Below are positions 36,664 through 45,924 of a stretch of 64,000 nucleotides of DNA, piece by piece. The stretch comes from a virus. Numbering within the stretch: the stretch's first letter is position 1; every line of letters begins with the position of its first letter. A program made the translations under genes and the position numbers. The notes beneath the pieces were generated by a model, which was not told the DNA's origin, did no database searches, and worked only from the letters and a program-made list of their open reading frames with translations. The stretch lies in the IMG/VR virus record IMGVR_UViG_3300050015_000276, positions 32,001-96,000 of that record. The stretch is one strand, 5' to 3'.

Positions 36664-37494
36664 ATGTTTTTAGACAATAAATATACCAAAACCTATTACC
36701 GAATCATACATCGTGCCAAAGCCAGGACTAAACCTGAAGGATATACCGAGAAACACCATATCATTCCAAAATGTAAACCTTTATGTGGTCCTAATACTCG
36801 GGAGAATTTAGTAGCACTTACATTTAAGGAGCACTGGGTTTGCCACCATTTATTGCTTAAGATGGTTGAAGGAATTCTAAAATCTAAAATGTATTGTGCT
36901 TTTAAACGTATGGGTCAAACTAATGGAAAACAAGATAAAGTAATAAATTCCAAAATGTTTGAGAGAATAAAAACCGCAAATAGAGCATTATGTTCTGGTA
37001 AAAATAATCCTAGATATGGCAAACATCACTCAGAAGAATCGAAACGAAAAATTAGTGAATCTAATAAAGGGAATAAACCTACAGAAGAACAGAGAAAAAA
37101 ATTAATAGAATCCCATAAAGGTTATGTTCCGTCAGAAGAATCAAAACGAAAAAATAGTGAATCTAATAAAGGCAAACATAATATAAAACGAACTGAAGAA
37201 GGCAAAAGGAATATGTCTTTAGCTCATAAAGGTCTAGATAATCATCAAACTGGAAGAAAACGCTCAGAAGAAACTAAACAAAAATTAATTTTAGCTTGGA
37301 AAAAAAGAAAATTAAAAGGAGAAATTCCTTGGAATAAAGGTGGTAAAAATCTATATTCGGATGAAATCCGAAAGAAAATGTCCGATTCGCATAAAGGAAA
37401 AAAATTATCGGAAGAACAAAAAAAGAAAATATCATTATCTTTATTAGGAAATAAAAGAGCTTTATCCCAGGAAAATAAGAATAAATTATGCTAA
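36664..37494 (+). CDS. HNH homing endonuclease (MobD/MobE-like) with NUMOD3 repeats
   Basis: EKHHIIPKC...N...NLVALT.KEHW.CH motif and HSEESKRKISES repeats; CTAAATA at 36640. Confidence 0.88.
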   Translation: MFLDNKYTKTYYRIIHRAKARTKPEGYTEKHHIIPKCKPLCGPNTRENLVALTFKEHWVCHHLLLKMVEGILKSKMYCAFKRMGQTNGKQDKVINSKMFERIKTANRALCSGKNNPRYGKHHSEESKRKISESNKGNKPTEEQRKKLIESHKGYVPSEESKRKNSESNKGKHNIKRTEEGKRNMSLAHKGLDNHQTGRKRSEETKQKLILAWKKRKLKGEIPWNKGGKNLYSDEIRKKMSDSHKGKKLSEEQKKKISLSLLGNKRALSQENKNKLC

Positions 37495-38519
37495 ATCAAA
37501 ATTTTAATTTCCAAACTAGATTTTCTGAACAAGATCTCTATGAAAATTTAATTATTGAGAGTGTACAAACATATGGAATGGATATACAATATTGTCCCAA
37601 AACTCTCGTTAATTTTGATGCTCTACTGGGTGAGGATAACCAGCGAGCCTTTTTAAAATCCATCACTATAGAAGCTTACCAGGAAAATTTAGATGGATTT
37701 TTTGGCGATAAGAATTTCTTAAATAAACTAGGCCTCAACATTGACAAGGAAGCATCTTTTATTATTGCAAAACGCCGGTTTGATGAAGTTGTTCTTGGAT
37801 TAAATTGGCGGGATTTTTGGAAAGAAACAAATACCTATTCAGTTAATGATGCTGTTCATTATCAAGGTAAGGTGTATACTAATATTTCCGCGGTCCACAA
37901 CTTACAATTTACTTTAAGTGGTGTTTCTGGTATTTTTACTCAATTCGATCCTATTATAGGGTTGACTAGCGGTGCAACCGGTTTAGTTAGTAGTTTCGAT
38001 CCACTAACAAATATTCTAATATTGACTGACGTGGTAGGAACTTTTGTTGTTTCTGAAACAATAAACGATACATTTGGAAGTTTTCCTTCTCCAGAATCAA
38101 TTATAACAGACAGTTCGATTAATTTTATATTTCCTGGTACAGGAATAATAAATACAATCACAACCGGAACAAATATTTCACCTTTGAGCGATACAACACA
38201 TTGGAAAGTAATGCAACAGGTTCGTCCAATGGAAGGTGATTTGATTTATTTACCTATCACTGGAGATATATTTGAAATTTTATTTGCAGATCATGAAGAA
38301 GTATTTTATCAATTAGGTAAAATATATGTTTGGAAAATTACCGCAGAGAAATTCCGTTATTCACATGAAACTCTTGATACTGGTATTGATGCGATAGATG
38401 AAATAGCTACTCAATTAGAAAATGATGATAGTCTTATTAACGATCCTCTCGCGGACAATGATAATATTAGTGATTCTGTTGAAGCCTTTCTGAATTTGGA
38501 CAATAATCGACCCTTTTAA
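37488..38519 (+). CDS. gp14: Neck protein gp14 with internal domain insertion
   Basis: EQDLYENLIIESVQTYG.D..Y.P, KRRFDE, RPMEGDLIYLP and FYQLGK..V..I..E.F.YS.E..DTG motifs. Confidence 0.9.
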   Translation: MLNQNFNFQTRFSEQDLYENLIIESVQTYGMDIQYCPKTLVNFDALLGEDNQRAFLKSITIEAYQENLDGFFGDKNFLNKLGLNIDKEASFIIAKRRFDEVVLGLNWRDFWKETNTYSVNDAVHYQGKVYTNISAVHNLQFTLSGVSGIFTQFDPIIGLTSGATGLVSSFDPLTNILILTDVVGTFVVSETINDTFGSFPSPESIITDSSINFIFPGTGIINTITTGTNISPLSDTTHWKVMQQVRPMEGDLIYLPITGDIFEILFADHEEVFYQLGKIYVWKITAEKFRYSHETLDTGIDAIDEIATQLENDDSLINDPLADNDNISDSVEAFLNLDNNRPF

Positions 38520-38528
38520 AGGAAATAT

Positions 38529-39452
38529 ATGCTAGGTCAAAATATCTGGAACTTTCATACTATTGAGCGTATCACACGCGCATTCGGATATATTTTTGAA
38601 GATATTTCTATTCAAAGAATTAATCCTACAACATCTGCGGTACAGACCATAAAAATTCCTATAAGCCTGGCATCAAAAGATAAATGGGTAATACGAGCGG
38701 CCGAGGATCCTTCGGCCGGTGACGAAACCAAACAACGTCATGTACAAATTGTCCTTCCAAGGTTGGCATACGATTTGACAAATATTCGGTATGATTCTAA
38801 ACGAAAATTATCTACTATCAATTATCGTGCAAACTTATCAGGTGACGGCATCTTATCTCCGATGTTCCAATTAAATCCGGTACCGATGATTTTTGATTTT
38901 TCTTTGTATATGCAAGCTAGAACTTTAAGCGATTCGTATGCCATTCTTGAACAAATTCTAGCATTTTTCCGGCCAGATTATACAGTTCCCATTATGGATA
39001 TTCCCGAGATGAATATCAAACGTGATATCATTATAACATTAATGAATCAATCTCATAGTGATTCATATGAAGGATCATTTTTCGATAAAAGAGTTATTGA
39101 ATGGCAATTAGATTTTCAAGCACAAGGTCATATTTATCCTCCGGTAAAGACTAAACCGCTTATCAATACTGCTACCATTACAGATGGATATGGGGATACA
39201 CTTCTTACTGTTACCAATGCAACTCTTCCAATAAATTATACTTATTATGTTGATCCTCTGACAGGAAATGACTCTAATTCAGGTTTATCTATTGATAGTG
39301 CGTGGGCCACAACAACACCAGCAGATGCAGTTACTTTAACAATATCTCAGTCAATAGGGTATAAACTTAATGGTGTATGGTACTTATATCGAGCACTAGG
39401 AATGACAGCCGATTTAAATTTATTAAGTGCTGATATTGTGTCGGTACCATAA
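38529..39452 (+). CDS. gp15: Tail sheath stabilizer/completion protein gp15
   Basis: AFG.IF.DI.I.R, IKIPISLASKDKW, LPRLAY, QILAFFRPDY, DSYEG.F..KRVIEW.L.F motifs. Confidence 0.92.
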   Translation: MLGQNIWNFHTIERITRAFGYIFEDISIQRINPTTSAVQTIKIPISLASKDKWVIRAAEDPSAGDETKQRHVQIVLPRLAYDLTNIRYDSKRKLSTINYRANLSGDGILSPMFQLNPVPMIFDFSLYMQARTLSDSYAILEQILAFFRPDYTVPIMDIPEMNIKRDIIITLMNQSHSDSYEGSFFDKRVIEWQLDFQAQGHIYPPVKTKPLINTATITDGYGDTLLTVTNATLPINYTYYVDPLTGNDSNSGLSIDSAWATTTPADAVTLTISQSIGYKLNGVWYLYRALGMTADLNLLSADIVSVP

Positions 39453-39481
39453 AATAGTTTCTAAATGTTCTAAATATTACT

Positions 39482-40015
39482 ATGGCACAACGTGGAAGAC
39501 CAAAAAAACAACCTATAGACCAACGGATCTCTTCGAGTTTAGATATTGCTCAAAAAGAAGTGGATTCACTATTACCTGCTGTTATACAAAATGAAATCAT
39601 TCCTAAAATTGAATCACCAGAAGTTTTAAAAGCTAATCTTCCCATTCTTTCACAAGATGTATTTGATGATTATGAATTTGCAAGGAATAATCTACATAGT
39701 CTTTTAGAACGCGGGAATACTATATTAGATGGAATTGTCGCATTATCTGAAGATAGCGATCAACCCCGAACTTTTGAAGTTGCTGGTAATGTCCTTAAAG
39801 TATTATTAGAAGGAACCAGAGAACTTATGACACTTCAAAAGGATATTAGAGAGGTTGAAAAGAAAAGTAATAGTGAAATGTCTACTCCTGTAAATATTGA
39901 AAATGCCACAGGAGTAACAAACAACACCATGGTTATTGAAGGAACTACACTTGAAATGCTAGAAATGCTCCAAAAAATGAAACAACAGAAATTAGAACAA
40001 CAAAATAAAGATTAG
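39482..40015 (+). CDS. gp16: Terminase small subunit gp16
   Basis: DYEFARNNL..L..G, PRTFEVAG..LK and GTT.E.L motifs; position before gp17. Confidence 0.85.
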   Translation: MAQRGRPKKQPIDQRISSSLDIAQKEVDSLLPAVIQNEIIPKIESPEVLKANLPILSQDVFDDYEFARNNLHSLLERGNTILDGIVALSEDSDQPRTFEVAGNVLKVLLEGTRELMTLQKDIREVEKKSNSEMSTPVNIENATGVTNNTMVIEGTTLEMLEMLQKMKQQKLEQQNKD

Positions 40016-40021
40016 AGTGAT

Positions 40022-40942
40022 ATGAATTCCTACCTCGGCAATCCGGCATTAAAAGACGCTAACGTAAAGGTGGTTTGGACTCCTAAACGTTTAGAAGAAC
40101 TCCAAAAGTGTCAAGAGGATCCGGTTTACTTCATTACTCATTATATTCAGGTAGTAACATTAGATGAAGGTGTTACTAATTTCAAATTGTGGGATTTTCA
40201 AGCTAAATTAATTAAGAATGTACACGAAAATCGGTATGTTATTACCGTTATGCCGAGACAGTCTGGGAAATCAACAACCATGATTGCCTACTTTCTTCAT
40301 TTTATTTTATTCAACAAGTATAAAAGTGTTGCAATTCTTGCCAATAAACGCGATACTGCGGTTGAATTGTTGTCACGTCTTCAACTTGCTTTCGAATTAT
40401 TACCGATGTGGCTTCAACAAGGTGTTAAAGTTTGGAATAAAACGAGGATTGAACTTGAAAATGGTTGTATTATAACGGCTCATGCTACATCAAGCGCATC
40501 AGTTCGTGGACAGACATACAATATCATTTTCTTAGATGAATTCGCACATATTGATCCTAAATTGGCAGATAAGTTCTGGACTTCGACTTACCCCGTAATT
40601 TCTTCTGGTAAAACGTCAAAGGTTATTATTGTTTCAACGCCCAATGGAATGAATTTATTTTACGAGATGTGGGTGAAAGCAAATTTAGCTCACGATCATA
40701 AAGATTGGAATCAATTCATACCTCTTGAAGTTCATTATACTGAGGTACCCGGGAGAGAAGATCATGCCTGGGCAGATAAAATTATTTCTATAATTGGACA
40801 GGACCGATTCGATCAGGAATTTGGTCCGTGCGTACTAAAAACCCCTATATACTTATATGATACCATTTTACAAAAATGTGTTATAATACCTATAGGACAA
40901 TTATATGAAAGATTATGCGAACCTGAATTACTGGATAAATGA
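40022..40942 (+). CDS. gp17: Terminase large subunit N-fragment (aa 1-268) fused to a 38-aa N-intein
   Basis: MPRQSGKST, IFLDEFAH and VSTPNGMNLFY motifs. Ends QEFG|PCVLKTPI...IGQLYERL. Confidence 0.92.
   Translation: MNSYLGNPALKDANVKVVWTPKRLEELQKCQEDPVYFITHYIQVVTLDEGVTNFKLWDFQAKLIKNVHENRYVITVMPRQSGKSTTMIAYFLHFILFNKYKSVAILANKRDTAVELLSRLQLAFELLPMWLQQGVKVWNKTRIELENGCIITAHATSSASVRGQTYNIIFLDEFAHIDPKLADKFWTSTYPVISSGKTSKVIIVSTPNGMNLFYEMWVKANLAHDHKDWNQFIPLEVHYTEVPGREDHAWADKIISIIGQDRFDQEFGPCVLKTPIYLYDTILQKCVIIPIGQLYERLCEPELLDK
40826..40942 (+). mobile_element. Split intein N-half (IntN, 38 aa)
   Basis: Starts exactly at the QEFx/CEF junction; block-A-like PCVLKT (Thr6) and I..LYE.L. Confidence 0.8.
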
Positions 40943-41991
40943 ACGTGGTTTAAATGAAACTGAAGCCCAACAACGAATAGAACAATATTTACAACGCCAA
41001 CATGATTCTGCAATACTTAATTCCGAAGACTTTTGGATTAACAAAAGAAATTTTAGAAAACGATTATAAAGAACTAAAATCTAAATACCAAGTTAAATTA
41101 AAATATGGAATTTCATTACATGTAATACAGAGATGGTTTAAAGAATTTGGAATAGAAACTACCTATTACAAGAAAATTGATAAAGTAAAAATGAAGGAAC
41201 TTTGTATTTCCGGAGAACCTGTTATTTATGCCGCAGACCAATTAGGTTGTCCAATTCATTATTATACAACAGAACGCAATAGATTAGGTTGGGTTTCAGA
41301 GCCAAAATTATTTGATTTTGAAACAACCAAAAAATTATGTGAAGAAATTGTAGGAATTTATTCGCAAGGAATAGACAAGGCTTTTCTTGCCGATCCAAAT
41401 TTAAGACACAGTGTAGAACATTACACTAAAGACCATTTTTTGGAATCGGATAAATTTACCGAAAGAGTATATCGAATAATACATAATTATAAACCAGATC
41501 AAAAAGATAAATGTAAAGTTACTGATGAACCTTTAAAATTCTATACAATCGTAAAAGGATATGGAGAATCTGAATTAAAAATTTCTAAACGAGGATCATT
41601 ATATTGTAAGTCTGCTGTTTCACAAAAAATGTTCAATGAAATTCACAAAAAACTTCCAAAAAAATTGCAAAAGAAGTGTAAGTTTTCTTCATTGAATAAA
41701 GAAGGACAAGTAAAAATAAATAAAAAAGATCAAAAACTTCCAGGAATGAATAAATTTCATTATCAATTAGATTTTTGTCTTGATAAACATAATATTGAAT
41801 TTGATGGAACTTATTGGCACTCCAACCGAAAAAACCAAGATAGTACAAGAGATAAATACTTACAAGGAAAAGGATATAAAATTCTTAGGATTACAGAATC
41901 CGAATATAATAAATACCCAAAAATTACCGTACAAAAATGTCTACAATTCTTGAAGGACTCCAACAAAATAACGGCCGCTACAAAATCTTAA
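40905..41991 (+). CDS. Vsr/DUF559-like free-standing endonuclease between the intein halves (ATG 40905 plus a +1 shift at 41031-41034, or ATG 41002)
   Basis: Y.LDF......IEFDGTYWHS......RD.YL...GYKILRITE.EY motif and an HTH-like N-terminal part. Confidence 0.8.
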
Positions 41992-42293
41992 CACCAAATG
42001 GATATGAAGATTTTTCTGGTATAAGAAAATTAAAAAAAGATAAAGTTATTCATATCACTTTCATGGATGGTAGTTCAATTTCTTCCGCAGAAAATCATAT
42101 TTTTGTACTTTGGAATACAAAACTCATTTTTGCTGGAACATTAAAAGTTGGAGATGCTTTATACGCCAAAGATAGTATTCAATATATTTCCTCTATTGTT
42201 ATCGAAGAAAAAGAAACTGATTTTTATTGTGTTGTGAATTCTGGAAAAGATCAAGTTTATTTTAATGGAGAAAACAAAGTACTTTCCCACAAT
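41937..42293 (+). mobile_element. Split intein C-half (IntC, 119 aa)
   Basis: YKILTPNG..DF.GI, block B AENH, LKVGD, block F FYCV, block G LSHN followed by Cys+1. Confidence 0.88.
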
Positions 42294-43226
42294 TGTGAGT
42301 TCCTTGGTTCTGGAGCTACATTAATTAATGGAAGATTTTTAAAAGCGATGGTTATTCTACCTCCAAAATATTCACAAAATGGTTTGGATGTATATAAAGA
42401 TCCCGGAAGAACTTTAAATGAACCTCGAATTTATGTTATTGCAGTTGATACCGCAAGAGGTAGACAACTGGATTATTCAGCATTTACTATCATCGACGTG
42501 ACGGAATCTCCTTATGAAGTAGTGGCTAAATATAGAAGTAATACCATTCCACCTGTTTTATTTGCTGATGTAATTGTTCCAATTGCTCAAAAATATAATA
42601 ATGCTTATATTATGATGGAAAATGATGGACCGGGATATCAAGTAGCAGATGATTTACATCACATACATGAATATCCTAATATTTTAATGGTTGCAACAAA
42701 AGGTCGGTCAGGACAAATATTAGCAACTGGATTTGGAAATACAGGTAAGAATGTTCAACGTGGTGTTAAAATGAGTACTCCGGTCCGTCGGACTGGTTGT
42801 ACCAATTTAAAAACACTTATCGAAACAAAACGATTAATTATCTATGATAATGACATAAAAGGTGAATTAGCCTCATTCGAATTGAAAGGTGATAAGTATC
42901 AGGCAGCCGAAAATCATCATGACGATTTGGTAATGACTCTGGTAACTTTTAGTTGGCTGACAACCCAAAAGCATTTTAGAGATATGGTTGAGGCCGCATT
43001 ACGTGAAGATTTACAAGAAGAATATACCCCGCAATTTGACCACGATTTAACCCCTTATGGATGGATTGAAACACACCATGATGTTGAAGAAGTTATACTT
43101 ACCGACAGAGATATTTGGAAAAGTGCTCAAAACGATGTTTGGGAACATTATGCCGAACAAGAACGGATAAAAGCTACCATTGATATGGTGAAATTAAAGC
43201 GATTGCAAGAAGTTGGTTGGGGTTAA
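41937..43226 (+). CDS. gp17: C-intein fused to the terminase large subunit C-terminal nuclease fragment
   Basis: HN|CEFLGS, VDTARG..LDYSAF, YNNAY..MEND and HHDDLVM motifs. Confidence 0.92.
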   Translation: MSTILEGLQQNNGRYKILTPNGYEDFSGIRKLKKDKVIHITFMDGSSISSAENHIFVLWNTKLIFAGTLKVGDALYAKDSIQYISSIVIEEKETDFYCVVNSGKDQVYFNGENKVLSHNCEFLGSGATLINGRFLKAMVILPPKYSQNGLDVYKDPGRTLNEPRIYVIAVDTARGRQLDYSAFTIIDVTESPYEVVAKYRSNTIPPVLFADVIVPIAQKYNNAYIMMENDGPGYQVADDLHHIHEYPNILMVATKGRSGQILATGFGNTGKNVQRGVKMSTPVRRTGCTNLKTLIETKRLIIYDNDIKGELASFELKGDKYQAAENHHDDLVMTLVTFSWLTTQKHFRDMVEAALREDLQEEYTPQFDHDLTPYGWIETHHDVEEVILTDRDIWKSAQNDVWEHYAEQERIKATIDMVKLKRLQEVGWG

Positions 43227-43250
43227 ATGAAATTTCAAAAATTGTGGAAA

Positions 43251-43258
43251 TATAAATA
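43251..43258 (+). promoter_or_regulatory. T4-type late promoter TATAAATA
   Basis: Upstream of gp18. Further copies at 46521, 49638, 51970 and 56688, and on the minus strand at 14773 and 17200. Confidence 0.8.
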
Positions 43259-43320
43259 TCTTCGAAGCAAAGATTAAGAAATAATCAAAGTTAGAGATTA
43301 TAAAATAAGGAGATACATAA

Positions 43321-45906
43321 ATGGCATTTCAATTATTGAGTCCGGGTGTTCAAACCACCGAAATTGATCTATCAACCGTTGTGACCAGTCTTGCCACAAC
43401 TGGTGGTGTTATTGCCGGTCCTCTACCATGGGGCCCAGGTGGTGTAAAAACATTAGTTGATAGTGAAATTACCTTGGTTAATACTTTCGGAAAACCTGAT
43501 AATGATTCCGCCAATGTTTTTTTCTCAGCAGCTTCGTTTTTGCAATATGGAAATAACTTAAATGTTGTCCGTGTATTGCCAAAGAATGCTCGAAATGCTG
43601 CGGAAATTAACGATGGCGTAACATTCATCACAATTACAGTTCCTGGTGTGGGATACGTACACACACCAACATTAACATTTTCTAGTGGTTCAGCAACCGC
43701 AACCGCCTCGGTAGCAAATGGTGAAATCGTTGCGGTAACGGTCACTGCTCCTGGTTCGGGATATTCAGTAGAACATCCTCCAACTATTACAGTCACACCT
43801 AATGGTGGAGATACAATTACACAAGCGGCGAGTTTGACGCCAAGAGTTGGCGTACAAATCGCAAATGATACAGATTATACCTTCAATTATGCTGGTGGTA
43901 CTGAAGGTGTTGGACAATTTGCTGCCAAATATGCTGGTGAATTAGGAAATGGATTACAAGTTTTTATTTGTGACAATCCTAGTCAGTATGCTTCGTGGAC
44001 TTATAAAAATCAATTTACTAGTGCTCCGGGAACATCAGATTATGTTGCTAATTTGGGTGGTAGTAATGATGAACTTCATATCGTAGTAGTTGATACGGTT
44101 GGTATCATTACCGGTACTGCTGGTGATGTTGTTGAAAAATTCGGTTTTGTGTCTAAAGCATCAGATGCCAAGAATGCACAAGGACAAAGTATTTATTATC
44201 CGCAGGTGCTAACAACCCAATCTCAATGGATTCGATGGATGAATTTTCCTTCAACTGTTTATAATTGGGGAACACCTTCAAGAAATACAGTATATGATGG
44301 TTACTTCGTGAATGGTGCGGCCGCGTATTTAACTGTTGGCGCGACAAATTCAGGTATTCGTTATGCCTCTAAAGTTCCTGGAACTGGTGGAAATGCGATT
44401 ACAGTTCAATATACAAATCCTGGAGTAAACAGTGCATTATCAGTTGCCGTTAATGGTACAGCAATCAATGTGACTTTAGCATATGCAACTGGTGCAGTTA
44501 CTTCAACTGCAAAAAACGTGCGTGATGCTATTTTAGCCTATCCTGCTGCCGCAGCTTTAGTTTCTGCTGAGTATGTGGTTGGTGGAAATGGTGCAGATCT
44601 TGTTGTTGCTTCTGGACCAACCAATTTGACCGGCGGTGTCAATGGTCCTGGAAATAAAGCAGTTCTTGACGTTTTTAGTGGAAATAAAGGAATAACATAC
44701 ACCGCAGTTAATTATGGTGCGAATGGTAACCTTGTCACTATAACCTATACTGATCCGGGTGGGGTCTCTGCAACACTAGGAGTGACCGTAACTGGAACAG
44801 CAATTAATGTAAATTTGGGCCGCGCTACGAGTGCAATTAATACAACGGCTGCTAATTTACAGACTCTATTAGCTGCCACTCCTGCTGTAACAGCTTTAGT
44901 AACAGCAACTCTTAATGGTGATGGTTCGTCATTATTGACAGCATCTAGTACAACTCCATTAGCAAATGGTGCCGATCCTGCCGTATATTCTGTATTGTTA
45001 GAGGGTGGACAATCTGTAGGATCTGAAGTAACTGATGGTGAAATTATCCTTGGTTATGACAAGTTCTTAGATGAAGAATTCCAATTTGCATTATTGATTA
45101 CGGCAGACCATAGTCCTACTGTTGTTCAGTATTGTATTTCTAATATCTCCGAATTTCGTAGAGATAACGTAACTTTCATTTCGCCACAGTATTCGTCTGT
45201 TGTGAACAATATTGGTAATGAATCAACAGATGTTATCACTGATCGTAATGTTTATGGCAGTTCAAGTTATGCCTTTATGGATGGCAATTGGCTTCAAATT
45301 TACGATAAATATAATGATTTGTACCGTTGGGTTCCAGCAAATGGTAGTGTAGCTGGACTCTGCGTGCGAACTGATTATACACGCGATCCATGGTTCTCAC
45401 CTGCTGGTTTGAATAGAGGAAACATCAAGAATGTGACCGGTTTGGCGTGGAATCCTCGCCAAGCATACCGCGATGTACTATATCAAGCGGGCGTAAACCC
45501 AATTGTTTCCTTCCCTGGTCAAGGTGCTGTATTATTTGGCGATAAGACCATGCAAGTGAAACCATCAGCATTTGACCGTATTAACGTTCGTAGGTTATTC
45601 ATTGTAATTGAACAAGCAATTGCCAAAGCAGCAAAATATGTTTTGTTCGAATTCAACGATGATGTTACCAGAACGCAGTTCCGTGGTTTGATCGATCCAT
45701 TCTTACGAGATATTCAAGGCCGTCGTGGTCTTTATGCTTATAAGATCGTTTGTGATTCTTCAAATAATACACCACAAATGATTGATACAAATCGATTCCA
45801 AGGTGATATTTATTTGCAGCCAGCGAGATCGATTAACTTTATTCAATTGAATTTCATCGCCACGCGTACAGGTGTTGATTTCAATACTATTGTCGGACAA
45901 TTCTAA
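43321..45906 (+). CDS. gp18: Tail sheath protein gp18
   Basis: LLSPGVQTTEID, SSYAFMDGNW..YDKYND..RWVP and PWFSPAG.NRG...RINVRRLF motifs. Confidence 0.95.
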   Translation: MAFQLLSPGVQTTEIDLSTVVTSLATTGGVIAGPLPWGPGGVKTLVDSEITLVNTFGKPDNDSANVFFSAASFLQYGNNLNVVRVLPKNARNAAEINDGVTFITITVPGVGYVHTPTLTFSSGSATATASVANGEIVAVTVTAPGSGYSVEHPPTITVTPNGGDTITQAASLTPRVGVQIANDTDYTFNYAGGTEGVGQFAAKYAGELGNGLQVFICDNPSQYASWTYKNQFTSAPGTSDYVANLGGSNDELHIVVVDTVGIITGTAGDVVEKFGFVSKASDAKNAQGQSIYYPQVLTTQSQWIRWMNFPSTVYNWGTPSRNTVYDGYFVNGAAAYLTVGATNSGIRYASKVPGTGGNAITVQYTNPGVNSALSVAVNGTAINVTLAYATGAVTSTAKNVRDAILAYPAAAALVSAEYVVGGNGADLVVASGPTNLTGGVNGPGNKAVLDVFSGNKGITYTAVNYGANGNLVTITYTDPGGVSATLGVTVTGTAINVNLGRATSAINTTAANLQTLLAATPAVTALVTATLNGDGSSLLTASSTTPLANGADPAVYSVLLEGGQSVGSEVTDGEIILGYDKFLDEEFQFALLITADHSPTVVQYCISNISEFRRDNVTFISPQYSSVVNNIGNESTDVITDRNVYGSSSYAFMDGNWLQIYDKYNDLYRWVPANGSVAGLCVRTDYTRDPWFSPAGLNRGNIKNVTGLAWNPRQAYRDVLYQAGVNPIVSFPGQGAVLFGDKTMQVKPSAFDRINVRRLFIVIEQAIAKAAKYVLFEFNDDVTRTQFRGLIDPFLRDIQGRRGLYAYKIVCDSSNNTPQMIDTNRFQGDIYLQPARSINFIQLNFIATRTGVDFNTIVGQF

Positions 45907-45924
45907 AAGTAAGGAGAATATTTA

